Assembly (NCBI GenBank): GCA_021735655.1
Contig: JAIPGM010000001.1
Span: forward strand, 277,262 to 341,261
Reading direction: 5' to 3'
From: Candidatus Omnitrophota bacterium
GTDB taxonomy: Bacteria; Omnitrophota; Gorgyraeia; Duberdicusellales; 4484-171
Length of the DNA: 64,000 nucleotides
Below the pieces are notes generated by a model, which made no database searches, was not told the origin of the DNA, and saw nothing but the letters and a program-made list of their open reading frames with translations. Position 1 is the first letter of the stretch; the number at the start of each line of letters is the position of its first letter. Shown here one piece after another: positions 1 through 9,351 of this stretch. The position numbers and the translations under genes were made by a program.

Positions 1-797
1 CCAAAGCCAGAAATATTGGTGCTTGTCAAGCAAAAGGGGATATTTTTTGTTTCATTGATTCCGATGTTAAAATATTTAGCAATACCTTGAGATTAATAAG
101 TGATTCATTTCAATCTTTACCAGAAATTGCTGCCGTTCAAACTGCATGCACAGAATATTGTAGATTCACGAATTTTGCAAGCCAATATCATAATTTATAC
201 CTATATTTTCACATTGAAGCAATCAGGTGTAAATATATTAGGACTTTCATCGGAAATTGTTTTGCAGTAAAAAAAGAAGACTTTGTTTCGGTAGGAGGGT
301 TTAATGAAAATATTAAAAATGCAAGCGTCGAGGATGGTGATTTTGGTATGCGACTGTCTGAGCAGGAAAGAATAATATATCTAAATAAAAACATTAAAAT
401 TGAGCACAGAAGTTATATTAAATTACGAGGCGTACTAAAAAGAATGTTTATTCAATCCCAAGATAAAGTGTATACTTTAATGAAAAATAAAAGTTTATTT
501 AAATTTTCTCCGGATAAAACTCCTCACTCGAAGGAAAAAATATTTTCAGTATTATTGTCGCCTTTGTTGCTGATCAGTTCCATTATTTTAATTTTTGCTC
601 CAAAAACGTATGTAATTTTTCTCTCAGCCTTATTGCTATATTTATTGTCTAGCAGGCAGTTTATCTATTTTACCTTGAAATCCAAAGGGATAATGTTTGC
701 AATTAAAGCTGCTGTTTTTTATTACCTTAATTGCTTAGTTGCTTTCGTTGGCATAACCTGGGGTGTAATCAAGTTTGGGGGGGGTAATATTATCTAA
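1..797 (+). CDS. GT2 polyprenyl-phosphate sugar transferase (ArnC/GtrB-like), 5'-truncated by the window edge
   Basis: Frame-3 translation from nt 3 gives KARNIGACQAKGDILCFIDSDV (DxD region). It continues into ORF 87..797. The C-terminal ~90 aa form hydrophobic helices, typical of ArnC/GtrB-type GT2. Stop TAA 795-797 overlaps the next ATG. Confidence 0.7.
   Translation, partial: KARNIGACQAKGDIFCFIDSDVKIFSNTLRLISDSFQSLPEIAAVQTACTEYCRFTNFASQYHNLYLYFHIEAIRCKYIRTFIGNCFAVKKEDFVSVGGFNENIKNASVEDGDFGMRLSEQERIIYLNKNIKIEHRSYIKLRGVLKRMFIQSQDKVYTLMKNKSLFKFSPDKTPHSKEKIFSVLLSPLLLISSIILIFAPKTYVIFLSALLLYLLSSRQFIYFTLKSKGIMFAIKAAVFYYLNCLVAFVGITWGVIKFGGGNII
777..784. repeat. G8 homopolymer inside the 3' end of the GT2 gene (codes ..FGGGNII*)
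   Basis: Direct read of gggggggg at 777-784 in an AT-rich background. Confidence 0.9.
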
Positions 798-1903
798 TGC
801 AGTATATTAAACAAATTTTTAAACTGATTAATAAGAAAAGTGTGAATCCAGAATATGTTACATTTTTTATTACTAATAAATGCAATGCAAAGTGTAAGCA
901 CTGCTTATATTGGTCTAGCCTTAATTCAGACGAAAACGAATTGTCTTGTGAGGAGGTTAAAAAGATATCGCAAAATATGGGCAACTTTATATTTTTACTT
1001 ATCACCGGCGGTGAGCCATTCATGAGAGAAGATATTTCAGAGATTGCTCGTATTTTTTATGAGAATAACAACATTAAAAAACTTTCCCTAGTGACCAATG
1101 GCTATTTTACTGATAAAATAATTGGACATACTAAGGAAATATTAAGAAGGTGTCCAAAATTACAGTTGAACCTAAGTATTTCCTTGGATGGCATTGGCAA
1201 AAGGCACGATGAAATTAGAGGCCTAGAGGGTATTTTTCAAAGAGCAATTAATACCATTGGCAATCTAAAAAAAGTTCAGAATTCTTATCCGAAATTATCT
1301 ATTTCAACCGTTTGCTCATTTTCAGTTTTAAATCAAAACGATATTTTTGATATTTATCATTACGCAAGGGATGTTCTTAAACTTGATTCATTTAATTGTC
1401 CTTTAGTTCGCGGTAATTTAAAAGACAACTCAATAAAATCAAGTGATATAGCTATATACAAAAAGCTTTCAGAGGTTGTGAGAGCTGATGTTGTCAGCGG
1501 TAAATTAAAAGGGGCCAGCGATCATTTTATATCTAATGTAATATCTGCGGCTAAATTTATTGCGACAGATTTAAGCGTAAAGACTTTTGAGGCTGACAAA
1601 TATATAACTCCCTGTTATGCCGGTAAAATAAATGTAGTTATTTACCCTGACGGAGGGGTGTTTCCTTGTGAATTGCGAAAGGAAAAGTTGGGAGATTTAA
1701 GGACGGCGAATTATGATTTTAAAAAAATATGGTTTTCAAAAAAATCAAAAAGAGTTCTTGAGAAAATAAAAGAAACTAAATGCCATTGTTTTCATGGTTG
1801 TAATATGTTACCTAATGTTTTATATAATTCTCGATATATACCTAAGATGACTGTGAATTATATAAATGTATTATTAAAGAGATCAGGCAATAACTACAAT
1901 TGA
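797..1903 (+). CDS. radical SAM protein with Cys-rich SPASM/twitch-like C-terminal region
   Basis: CNAKCKHC (CX3CX2C) at residues 29-36; GGEPF motif; C-terminal CYAGK..FPCE and CHCFHGC clusters. ATG overlaps the upstream stop (TAATG). Confidence 0.75.
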   Translation: MQYIKQIFKLINKKSVNPEYVTFFITNKCNAKCKHCLYWSSLNSDENELSCEEVKKISQNMGNFIFLLITGGEPFMREDISEIARIFYENNNIKKLSLVTNGYFTDKIIGHTKEILRRCPKLQLNLSISLDGIGKRHDEIRGLEGIFQRAINTIGNLKKVQNSYPKLSISTVCSFSVLNQNDIFDIYHYARDVLKLDSFNCPLVRGNLKDNSIKSSDIAIYKKLSEVVRADVVSGKLKGASDHFISNVISAAKFIATDLSVKTFEADKYITPCYAGKINVVIYPDGGVFPCELRKEKLGDLRTANYDFKKIWFSKKSKRVLEKIKETKCHCFHGCNMLPNVLYNSRYIPKMTVNYINVLLKRSGNNYN

Positions 1904-1904
1904 T

Positions 1905-2846
1905 ATGTTGACTAAAATTAACCTTCAAAAAATAAAATCTTTTACGATATCTATTGTTACGATAATTATTTTCGTTGTATTGTTTTCTAAGATAAATATT
2001 TATCAATTTGCCGAGCATCTCAAAGAGGCAAATCTATTTTTTTTATTATTAGGAGTCGGTATATTTATATTTACCGAATTATTTATTTCTTCTGTTCAGT
2101 GGGTAGAAATACTTCGACAGCTCAATTGCCATATTAGCTTGAAGGAAGCAATGTTTATAAGGATTGGAAGTATTCCGGCAAAATCGATGTTGCCATTTCG
2201 AAGCGGAGAGTTGTTAAGAGCTTTTTATCTTAAAAAACAGAAGCAATTTCCAGTTTCTTTGGGGGTTGGTTCTTTACTCTTTCAGCTCATAATTAATCTT
2301 TTAGTTTTAATTAGCATTATGTCGTCTGCTTACATTTATTTTTTTAAATTAGATAACATTATTTTTTTCTCATTAATCTTAGCATTTCTATTCATTTTTT
2401 GTATATTATCATTTAAATTTATAAATAAGTTTATTCTTTATTTGGCTAAAAAAGTAAATTTTCAATTTTATGAGTCTCTAAAGGCTTTATTCAATATTCA
2501 CAGGAATTTTAAATTAAAAAGTTTAGTGGTGATACTTTTTTATTCGGTTATTATGTGGGTCGGTGAATTGTTTATATTTATTTTTATATTTAAGACAGTC
2601 GGTTTAGATATACCACTATACGCGATACTTATATTTGTACCTTGGACAATCATAATAAGTAATATCCCCATAACCATTTCGGGTTTAGGGACAAGGGAGG
2701 CTAGCATAGTTTTACTTTTTTTACAATTTGGCTCACCTGAAAAATTATTGAGCAGTGGAGTGCTTATGTCATTTATCCAATTTGTTTTACCATTAACATT
2801 CAGTTTGTTATTCCTTAGAAAGTTTTTGAAAAAGATTATGGTCTGA
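1905..2846 (+). CDS. UPF0104 / lysyl-PG-synthase-TM-like flippase-type integral membrane protein
   Basis: 313 aa with ~8 predicted TM helices. Conserved ..ISGLGTREASIV.. segment typical of the flippase-like (LPG_synthase_TM) family. Starts 1 nt after the radical SAM stop. Confidence 0.6.
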   Translation: MLTKINLQKIKSFTISIVTIIIFVVLFSKINIYQFAEHLKEANLFFLLLGVGIFIFTELFISSVQWVEILRQLNCHISLKEAMFIRIGSIPAKSMLPFRSGELLRAFYLKKQKQFPVSLGVGSLLFQLIINLLVLISIMSSAYIYFFKLDNIIFFSLILAFLFIFCILSFKFINKFILYLAKKVNFQFYESLKALFNIHRNFKLKSLVVILFYSVIMWVGELFIFIFIFKTVGLDIPLYAILIFVPWTIIISNIPITISGLGTREASIVLLFLQFGSPEKLLSSGVLMSFIQFVLPLTFSLLFLRKFLKKIMV

Positions 2847-2977
2847 TTAATATTTTATGGTTTCTAGGAGAGTTTTTAAAGGTTAGTAATGCGGAAATAT
2901 TTGGCTAGATAAATAATTTATTATTTTTGAGCGGCAAAAAAAGATATATAGCATTAAGGTAGCAAAATGAGTATACG

Positions 2978-3721
2978 ATGAGCAAGATAATAGCAATTAT
3001 CCCTACTTACAATGAGGCTGGGAATATTTTACCTTTGTTAGGTAAACTTTTTTCTCTGGCAAGTAATATTTCTGTTTTGATAGTGGATGATAGCTCGCCT
3101 GACGGGACATCTCAAATAGTAATAAAGTTGCAAAGAGAATATCCTAAGCTACATTTAATAACTCGGGCATGTCGTCAAGGCTTGGGCAGTGCTTATATAG
3201 AGGGGTTTAAATATGCCCTAAAGAAAGGTTACGATATAATAATTCAAATGGACGCAGATTTATCTCACGCTCCGCGTGAGGTGTTAAAGATGATCGCTTT
3301 AATTGAGAGGTATGATCTAGTTATTGGCAGCAGATATATTAAGGGTGGAGGAGTCTACGATTGGTCATATCCGAGAGTTTTGTTGAGCCGCTGGGCAAAT
3401 ATTTTTTCAAAAATATTGCTTAGGACGCAGGTCTATGACTTAACCAGCGGATTCAAATGCTTGCGAAAGAATGTATTGGAAGAAATAGATTTCCAAACTA
3501 TATCTTCCAGAGGGTATGCTTTCCAGATTGAAATGGTTTTTAGAGCTTTAAGGAAAGGCTTTAAGGTAATTGAGCATCCAATTATCTTTCAAGGAAGAAG
3601 ATATGATAAGTCTAAAATGTCTTTGCCGATTGTCATAGAGGCTTTTATTAGAGTTTTGTGTTTGTTTTTTAATCGATTCTCCAGGGGGCGCAATACAGGA
3701 TCAAATATTATCAATAAATAA
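2978..3721 (+). CDS. GT2 polyprenyl-phosphate mannosyl/glycosyl transferase (Dpm1-like)
   Basis: IIPTYNE..VLIVDDSSPDGT..QMDADLSH motifs of Dpm1/GtrB-type GT2. Confidence 0.75.
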   Translation: MSKIIAIIPTYNEAGNILPLLGKLFSLASNISVLIVDDSSPDGTSQIVIKLQREYPKLHLITRACRQGLGSAYIEGFKYALKKGYDIIIQMDADLSHAPREVLKMIALIERYDLVIGSRYIKGGGVYDWSYPRVLLSRWANIFSKILLRTQVYDLTSGFKCLRKNVLEEIDFQTISSRGYAFQIEMVFRALRKGFKVIEHPIIFQGRRYDKSKMSLPIVIEAFIRVLCLFFNRFSRGRNTGSNIINK

Positions 3722-3872
3722 AGGCCTTTCGACTTAAAGGTTAGGGAAATTTTTTAAGAAATACGATTAAAAAAGTATTTGATTCTATATAGAATATGAT
3801 AAAATTAAGGGATAAAGAAGTGTGTTTTTATATTAGATGCACAATTTACAATGCTAAAGGGAGGTGTCCAAA

Positions 3873-4625
3873 ATGATTAGGACCATGGAAACTTTATGTT
3901 TTGCGGCTTTGATTTTTGCAATAACATTTGCTTTTACTCCATTAGCTTTAGCTTATGATTTAAGTAAGTATTACCCTTTAAATGAAGGTGATAGTTGGGA
4001 GTATTTAACAAGCGGAATAGGCTACGTTGAGGGTGGAGCAGATAAGGCAGAATTTTCCGATATGATTGAAGTAGATAAAATAGAATCAAAAGAATCTATT
4101 TCCGGTAAAAGGACCATGGTAAAGGTTTCGGGAGCCTTAGAGGAAAAAGAATGTTTGGCTGTAGACTCAGAAGGACTAAAACTGTACAAGTTAATAGATG
4201 GTCCAGGTGGTTATGATATATTTACCCCGCCGTTCATGCAGTTGGCAAATCTTGCAGTTGGAGAGAGTAAAACTTTCTTAAGCAATGCAATCGGGTATGG
4301 TGATCGCTCAAGTGAAGGAGCCAGACTGAATACAAATACGATAACATTGGAATCAGTGGAAAGAGTAGAAGTTCCCGCAGGATTATTTGATGATTGCCTT
4401 AAATTTACGTCGACGGGTGAAAGAGCCTACGCAGATGGCAATTATGAAAATATTGAGTCTACCGTTTGGCTTGCTTTAGGGGTAGGTGTAGTTAAGGCTG
4501 ATTATATTTATATCGAACATGATTTTTCTTCAGGCGAGGATAGTACTACTACCAACAAGCGAAATTTGGTTTCAGCAAAGGTAAATGGTCAACAAATCGG
4601 AACTCCAAAGGAAAGTCAAGAATAA
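3873..4625 (+). CDS. hypothetical secreted protein (signal peptide, cleavage near ALA-YD)
   Basis: ATG at 3873 preceded by RBS AAGGGAGGTG. The ORF track begins at GTG 3864. Hydrophobic N-terminus. No recognisable family. Confidence 0.4.
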   Translation: MIRTMETLCFAALIFAITFAFTPLALAYDLSKYYPLNEGDSWEYLTSGIGYVEGGADKAEFSDMIEVDKIESKESISGKRTMVKVSGALEEKECLAVDSEGLKLYKLIDGPGGYDIFTPPFMQLANLAVGESKTFLSNAIGYGDRSSEGARLNTNTITLESVERVEVPAGLFDDCLKFTSTGERAYADGNYENIESTVWLALGVGVVKADYIYIEHDFSSGEDSTTTNKRNLVSAKVNGQQIGTPKESQE

Positions 4626-4725
4626 TAAGGCCAGCGTGCAAGTTTTAGCTAATGAAACTTGATAATTTTTTTATTGCAGTTTCATAAATCCTTCTATACG
4701 ATTCAAATTCAATATTACAATTTAT

Positions 4726-4734
4726 GGGGGGGGG
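4726..4734. repeat. G9 homopolymer in the intergenic region upstream of the GT4 gene
   Basis: Direct read: tttatggggggggg ttaatcc. This is the longest G run in the window. It lies ~120 nt upstream of ATG 4856. Confidence 0.9.
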
Positions 4735-4855
4735 TTAATCCGATCAACATGTGAAGTTCCTCATGAATTGCAGTCTTATCAAAATACGCATAAACATAAA
4801 ATACGAATTAATAAAGATGTTAAGCTATATATAGTTGATAGTTGTAGGGCGAAAA

Positions 4856-5959
4856 ATGAAAAAAATTCTGGTTTTTAACGCTGGAGCTTATATCTACGGA
4901 GCAGAAAGAGGGTTAATTAATTTTATTAGAACTTTGTCTGATAAATTTGAAATAACGGTAGTCTTGCCTTCCCAAGGCCCCCTTTCTAAAAAAATCGAAA
5001 AATTAAATGTATCTTTAAAAATATTTCCGATACCGATCCTTAAAATCTCGCTTTCACCGCTATATTATATTTTTTTTCCTTTTCATTTTATTTTTTCCGT
5101 TATTTATTTTAGCATTTATGCAATCCGCAAAGATATTGAAATAATTTGTAGTAATTCTTTACTTTTAGTTTTTCCGGCTATTGTTGCTAAATTTACCAAA
5201 AAAAGACATATCTGGTATTTAAGAGAGTTTCTGCCTTCTAGTTTTTTGAATAAAGCTCTAGGGGCATTCATTATCAGATTTTCAAACCAAATAATATGTC
5301 AATCTCAAGCTATTAGGGAAGCCTTGCTTGGCAAAGAAAGGGGCATTATTATTTATGAACCTTTAAATGCTACGGACTATAAAATCTACAAATCAGATCT
5401 TGCAAGAAGTGAGCTAAATATCCCTATAAAATCAACGGTTATTTCAATAATTTCTCGAGTGCATCCTTCTAAGGGACAGTATGAATTTATAGTTGATATT
5501 AAAAGGACATTAAAGAAAAATCCCAACATCCTTTTGGTTATCGCCGGTGATATATCGCCGAACAATTTAAGAAATCGTTTATATAAAGCAAAAATAGAAA
5601 AATTGATAGAGGGGGATACTCTAAAAAATGTAGTCCTTTTAGGTTTTAGAGATGATGTTGATAGGATACTTTCTTTAAGCAATATTTGCGTTTTTCCTTT
5701 TAAAAGAAAAGAACCGTTTGGAATTTCTGTAGCTGAAAGTTTAACTTTTGGTAAAATAACTTTTTTTCCTCAGGTTGGAGGTCTAAAAGAAGTACGTGAT
5801 ATCTTTGGTCGGGGAAACGATTTTAGTATAGATAGGATTTGTGAGATAGCCTCAAACTTTGAACCAGCACGAGTAGAAAAGCTCCAAGAATTATATATCC
5901 CTGAAGAGCTTTCTATCGCGACATACAAAAATAAACTTATTCCTATTTTTGAAAATTAA
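4856..5959 (+). CDS. glycosyltransferase, GT4/GT1-fold family
   Basis: MKKILVFNAGAYIYGAERG N-terminus and a C-terminal Rossmann-like domain. Likely start ATG 4856 inside track ORF 4835..5959. Confidence 0.55.
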   Translation: MKKILVFNAGAYIYGAERGLINFIRTLSDKFEITVVLPSQGPLSKKIEKLNVSLKIFPIPILKISLSPLYYIFFPFHFIFSVIYFSIYAIRKDIEIICSNSLLLVFPAIVAKFTKKRHIWYLREFLPSSFLNKALGAFIIRFSNQIICQSQAIREALLGKERGIIIYEPLNATDYKIYKSDLARSELNIPIKSTVISIISRVHPSKGQYEFIVDIKRTLKKNPNILLVIAGDISPNNLRNRLYKAKIEKLIEGDTLKNVVLLGFRDDVDRILSLSNICVFPFKRKEPFGISVAESLTFGKITFFPQVGGLKEVRDIFGRGNDFSIDRICEIASNFEPARVEKLQELYIPEELSIATYKNKLIPIFEN

Positions 5960-7087
5960 ATGAAGCCGTTTAAAAAAAAGATACTTTTTATTATTACCCA
6001 CCTTGAATTGGGAGGAGCTCAGGGTCAGTTGCTTTTGCTTGTAAAAAATCTAGATAGAAACAAGTACTCACTGTATTTATCTTCCGGAGACCAGGGCTAT
6101 CTCAAGGAAGAATTTTTAAAACTCCCATATTTACATATAAAATTAATTCCGGAGTTGATAAGAAATATTAATCCTTTCTACGATTTTATTGCTTTTTTGA
6201 AATTATATTTCTATATCAAAAAAAATAAATTCGATATAGTTCATACTAATTCCCCTAAAGCTTCTATTTTGGGAAGATGGGCGGCTTATCTGGCAGGCGT
6301 AAAAGGTATTATTTACACTGTACACGGTTGGCCTTTTCATAAATTCATGAATCCGATAGTGCATTATTTATATATTTTAATTGAAAAAGTGACCGCCAAG
6401 ATTACAAAAAAGATAATAGTTGTTTCTGAAGCAGACCTTAGAACAGGAATAGAGAATGAAATCGCCGATAAAAATAGAATTTTTCTTGTTCATTATGGCA
6501 TAGAAATAGATAAGTTTAATAAGGTGTATGATCAAAGAAGCGAAATTTTTCCTGGTAATACTGTTTTTACAATCTCTTCGTTTAAGCCTCAAAAGGATAT
6601 TTTTAATTTTTTGAAATTAGCAAAAATGCTTCTTGATAGAAATCCTCAGTTGAATTTTATCATAGCCGGAGACGGACCTTTGCGTAAGAGAGTGGAGAAA
6701 AGGATAGAGTTACTAGGGCTAAGCGGTAAGGTGCACCTAAAGGGCTGGTCTGACGATGTTTCTCTTTTATTTAAAATGGCATCGTTGTTTGTGCTCACTT
6801 CTTTATGGGAAGGTCTACCAGTGTCTTTGATTGAAGCGGTTGTATCAGGAGTTCCGGTGGTAGTCACTAATACCGGTGGCATTTTCGATATAGTGAAAAG
6901 CGGCAATCAGGGGGTGGTCGTCAATCCAACCAATATTTTAGAAATAGAGAGCGCTTGTTGGGAAATATTGAAAAACTATGATAATTGGAGTACAATTGTC
7001 AGGAATGGCCGGAAAAAGTTAAATTTAAAATATTGGTCTTTTGCTAGAACGCTGAGAGAAATAGAAAATATTTATGCTACTATTTAA
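5960..7087 (+). CDS. glycosyltransferase family 4
   Basis: ITHLELGGAQ N-terminal motif; EGLPVSLIEAVVSGVPVV (E-X7-E region) typical of GT4. Confidence 0.7.
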   Translation: MKPFKKKILFIITHLELGGAQGQLLLLVKNLDRNKYSLYLSSGDQGYLKEEFLKLPYLHIKLIPELIRNINPFYDFIAFLKLYFYIKKNKFDIVHTNSPKASILGRWAAYLAGVKGIIYTVHGWPFHKFMNPIVHYLYILIEKVTAKITKKIIVVSEADLRTGIENEIADKNRIFLVHYGIEIDKFNKVYDQRSEIFPGNTVFTISSFKPQKDIFNFLKLAKMLLDRNPQLNFIIAGDGPLRKRVEKRIELLGLSGKVHLKGWSDDVSLLFKMASLFVLTSLWEGLPVSLIEAVVSGVPVVVTNTGGIFDIVKSGNQGVVVNPTNILEIESACWEILKNYDNWSTIVRNGRKKLNLKYWSFARTLREIENIYATI

Positions 7088-8078
7088 GTTGATAGAGCTG
7101 TTAGCGCTTTTCTTTTTTGCTTTTACGCTCAGTATATTTTTTCTTGCTATTTCAAGAAAGCTATCTTTAAAACACAATCTTTTTATCAGAGATAGAAATA
7201 TACCTTATATTGGGGGGGTTAGTTTTTCTCTGGTTTTTATCATTTGCCTTATTTTATTTTCTTTTATTAAAGCTAAAGTTGTGCCTTTTCAGTTTATTTG
7301 GATAATTACCTTTTCATTTATATTGTTGTTGGTTGAGTGGATAGACGATTTGAAGGATTTAAAGCTTAAGGCCAGAGTCCTGATTCAAATCATTTTTGTA
7401 TTTTTATTTCTCCTTTACGGAAAGCAAATCCAGATTTATTTTTTACCAAACTGGGCTAATTATCTTATTTCTTTTTTATGGATAGTAGGGATAACCAATG
7501 CTTTTAATCATCTTGATGTCGCTGATGGGCTATGTGCAGGTATAGCTTTGATTGTTAGCTTGGCATGTTTAGTGATAGCTTTAAAGACTGGAAGCTTTTT
7601 ATTGTTTGTTTTTGTTGCTCTTTTTGGGGTTCTTTTGGCTTTTCTTTTGTTTAATTTCCCTCCGGCTAAAATATTCATGGGTAATGCTGGAAGTCACTTT
7701 TTAGGCTTCTTGTTTGCAACCTTAAGCATTTATGGAGACTATGCCAGCTTCGATAATATTTTAGCCATTTTTTTGCCCCTGTTGGTTCTAGGATTGCCGA
7801 TTGTTGACACATTTTATCTCATTGTGGTGCGTGCTAGTAAGAAAATCTCTCCTTTACGGAAAAGTGATGATCACATCATTTTACGTTATTTGTTAAAGGG
7901 CTATTCTTACAAGCGGTCTTTGGCAAGTATTTATTTTTTAACTGCGGTTTGGTGTTTAAGTGCAATTCTTTTATTGAATGGTCCAGGCCTATGGTGTTTA
8001 ATTTTTCTGATTATTGCCTTTTTGGGAACAATTCTTATGATCATTAAGGCTAATGTCAGTAAATTTTCTAGTTGTTAG
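7074..8078 (+). CDS. polyprenyl-phosphate HexNAc-1-phosphate transferase (WecA/MraY family)
   Basis: Multi-TM protein with NAFNHLDVADGL and other MraY/WecA-family motifs. Confidence 0.7.
   Translation: MLLFKLIELLALFFFAFTLSIFFLAISRKLSLKHNLFIRDRNIPYIGGVSFSLVFIICLILFSFIKAKVVPFQFIWIITFSFILLLVEWIDDLKDLKLKARVLIQIIFVFLFLLYGKQIQIYFLPNWANYLISFLWIVGITNAFNHLDVADGLCAGIALIVSLACLVIALKTGSFLLFVFVALFGVLLAFLLFNFPPAKIFMGNAGSHFLGFLFATLSIYGDYASFDNILAIFLPLLVLGLPIVDTFYLIVVRASKKISPLRKSDDHIILRYLLKGYSYKRSLASIYFLTAVWCLSAILLLNGPGLWCLIFLIIAFLGTILMIIKANVSKFSSC
7212..7218. repeat. G7 homopolymer within the WecA-like gene (codes IGGV)
   Basis: Direct read of ggggggg. Confidence 0.9.
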
Positions 8079-9263
8079 TCCGAGGATTATCCACCAGAGA
8101 AAAGCTACTTGAGGAATAAAGAAAGAGAAATCGACAATATTATGCAGGAGAAACGACAACCCAGCTGCGAATATAGCTAATGATAGTAATGTGTTTTTCG
8201 AAGCTATAAGTATTTTTAAGTTCATTCTTACATAATTAAAAACTATCACTAGCCAGCTTAAAATTCCTATCATTCCAAGCTCACCCCAAATTTGAAGATA
8301 AGAGTTGTGGCTATAGCGAGACCCGGGCAAATAAAAATTGCCTAAACCGACGCCGACAAAAGGGTGTTGTTTGATTATTTCAGTTGTTCCGCGCCAGTAA
8401 GCGACTCTTTGGTGAATAGAAAAAAAGGGGTTGGTTATTTTTTCCGGATTGTTCAGACGTAGATAAAAAACAATTATTGATAATAAGCCGATTACAAGAA
8501 TAGCGGTAATGCTTTTTTTGTTTATTTTTTTACGCCAAAATAGTAGAAAAGGCAACAGACTAAGCAAGGATAACCATCCGCCGATAGATTTAGTAAAGAA
8601 GAAGGCAATAAAAGAAATAAGGACGCAAAAAAAGGCCAGGTATTTATCAAATACCCATTTAGCTTCTTCTTTTTTTTGTAAAAGTAGGCCAAGGCTGATG
8701 AAGATTAGTATTATTAGATAACCGGCTAAAAGATTGGGGTTAATGAAAGGGGCCAAGGCTCTTGATTGCGATAATAGCTCTTTTACAAAATAGTTATTAA
8801 ATAATGCCCAAAGGCTGTAAATGGCCACAAAGCAGCAACTCAGGAGGAGTGTTTTTATCAGAACTATTTGATTGTTTTTTGGGGTAAGCTTAGCGAAGTA
8901 AAATAATAACAGAATGATAAAAAAGTCATAAACTTTATTTAGATTTGATACAAGATCAGAAACAAACAGTGCTGAACCAAATAGGTTTAAGAAAAAAACT
9001 ATGATTATTAAGTTAAAAAAACTTTTCTTGATATTTTTTCGGAAGATAAAAATATATAAAAGGCTAGAGCAAAAAATTACAAAATTAACTGTTGAATCAA
9101 GCATCCTAGAGCCAAATATCGGCAGAAGCGGGTAAAGGAAAATACAGCTAACTATAATTTTCCATATTGCTGACTGTAGTTTTAATTTCTGTTTTTCAGT
9201 CAGAGGCCTGAGCGGTGAATTAAGTTTATTCGCTATTGATTTGGTTAAAGTAATTATTGGCAT
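7998..9263 (-). CDS. O-antigen ligase / polymerase-like (Wzy_C domain) membrane protein
   Basis: ~10 TM helices with HNSYLQIWGELGMIG, a characteristic Wzy_C/WaaL loop motif. Confidence 0.6.
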   Translation of the reverse strand: MPIITLTKSIANKLNSPLRPLTEKQKLKLQSAIWKIIVSCIFLYPLLPIFGSRMLDSTVNFVIFCSSLLYIFIFRKNIKKSFFNLIIIVFFLNLFGSALFVSDLVSNLNKVYDFFIILLLFYFAKLTPKNNQIVLIKTLLLSCCFVAIYSLWALFNNYFVKELLSQSRALAPFINPNLLAGYLIILIFISLGLLLQKKEEAKWVFDKYLAFFCVLISFIAFFFTKSIGGWLSLLSLLPFLLFWRKKINKKSITAILVIGLLSIIVFYLRLNNPEKITNPFFSIHQRVAYWRGTTEIIKQHPFVGVGLGNFYLPGSRYSHNSYLQIWGELGMIGILSWLVIVFNYVRMNLKILIASKNTLLSLAIFAAGLSFLLHNIVDFSFFIPQVAFLWWIILGLTTRKFTDISLNDHKNCSQKGNNQKN

Positions 9264-9351
9264 ATTTTTTAGGTTTGTTACTATTATAACTAGAATTTGA
9301 CATATAGTAAAAAGATTTATATACTTTAAAGGTAGATTTAAAAGGTAAAAC

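Noticed and set aside
8509-8721. 70-aa plus-strand ORF inside the O-antigen-ligase-like gene.
   Set aside because: It is antisense to a coherent multi-TM protein, has a Lys/Arg-rich low-complexity translation, and lacks an RBS.
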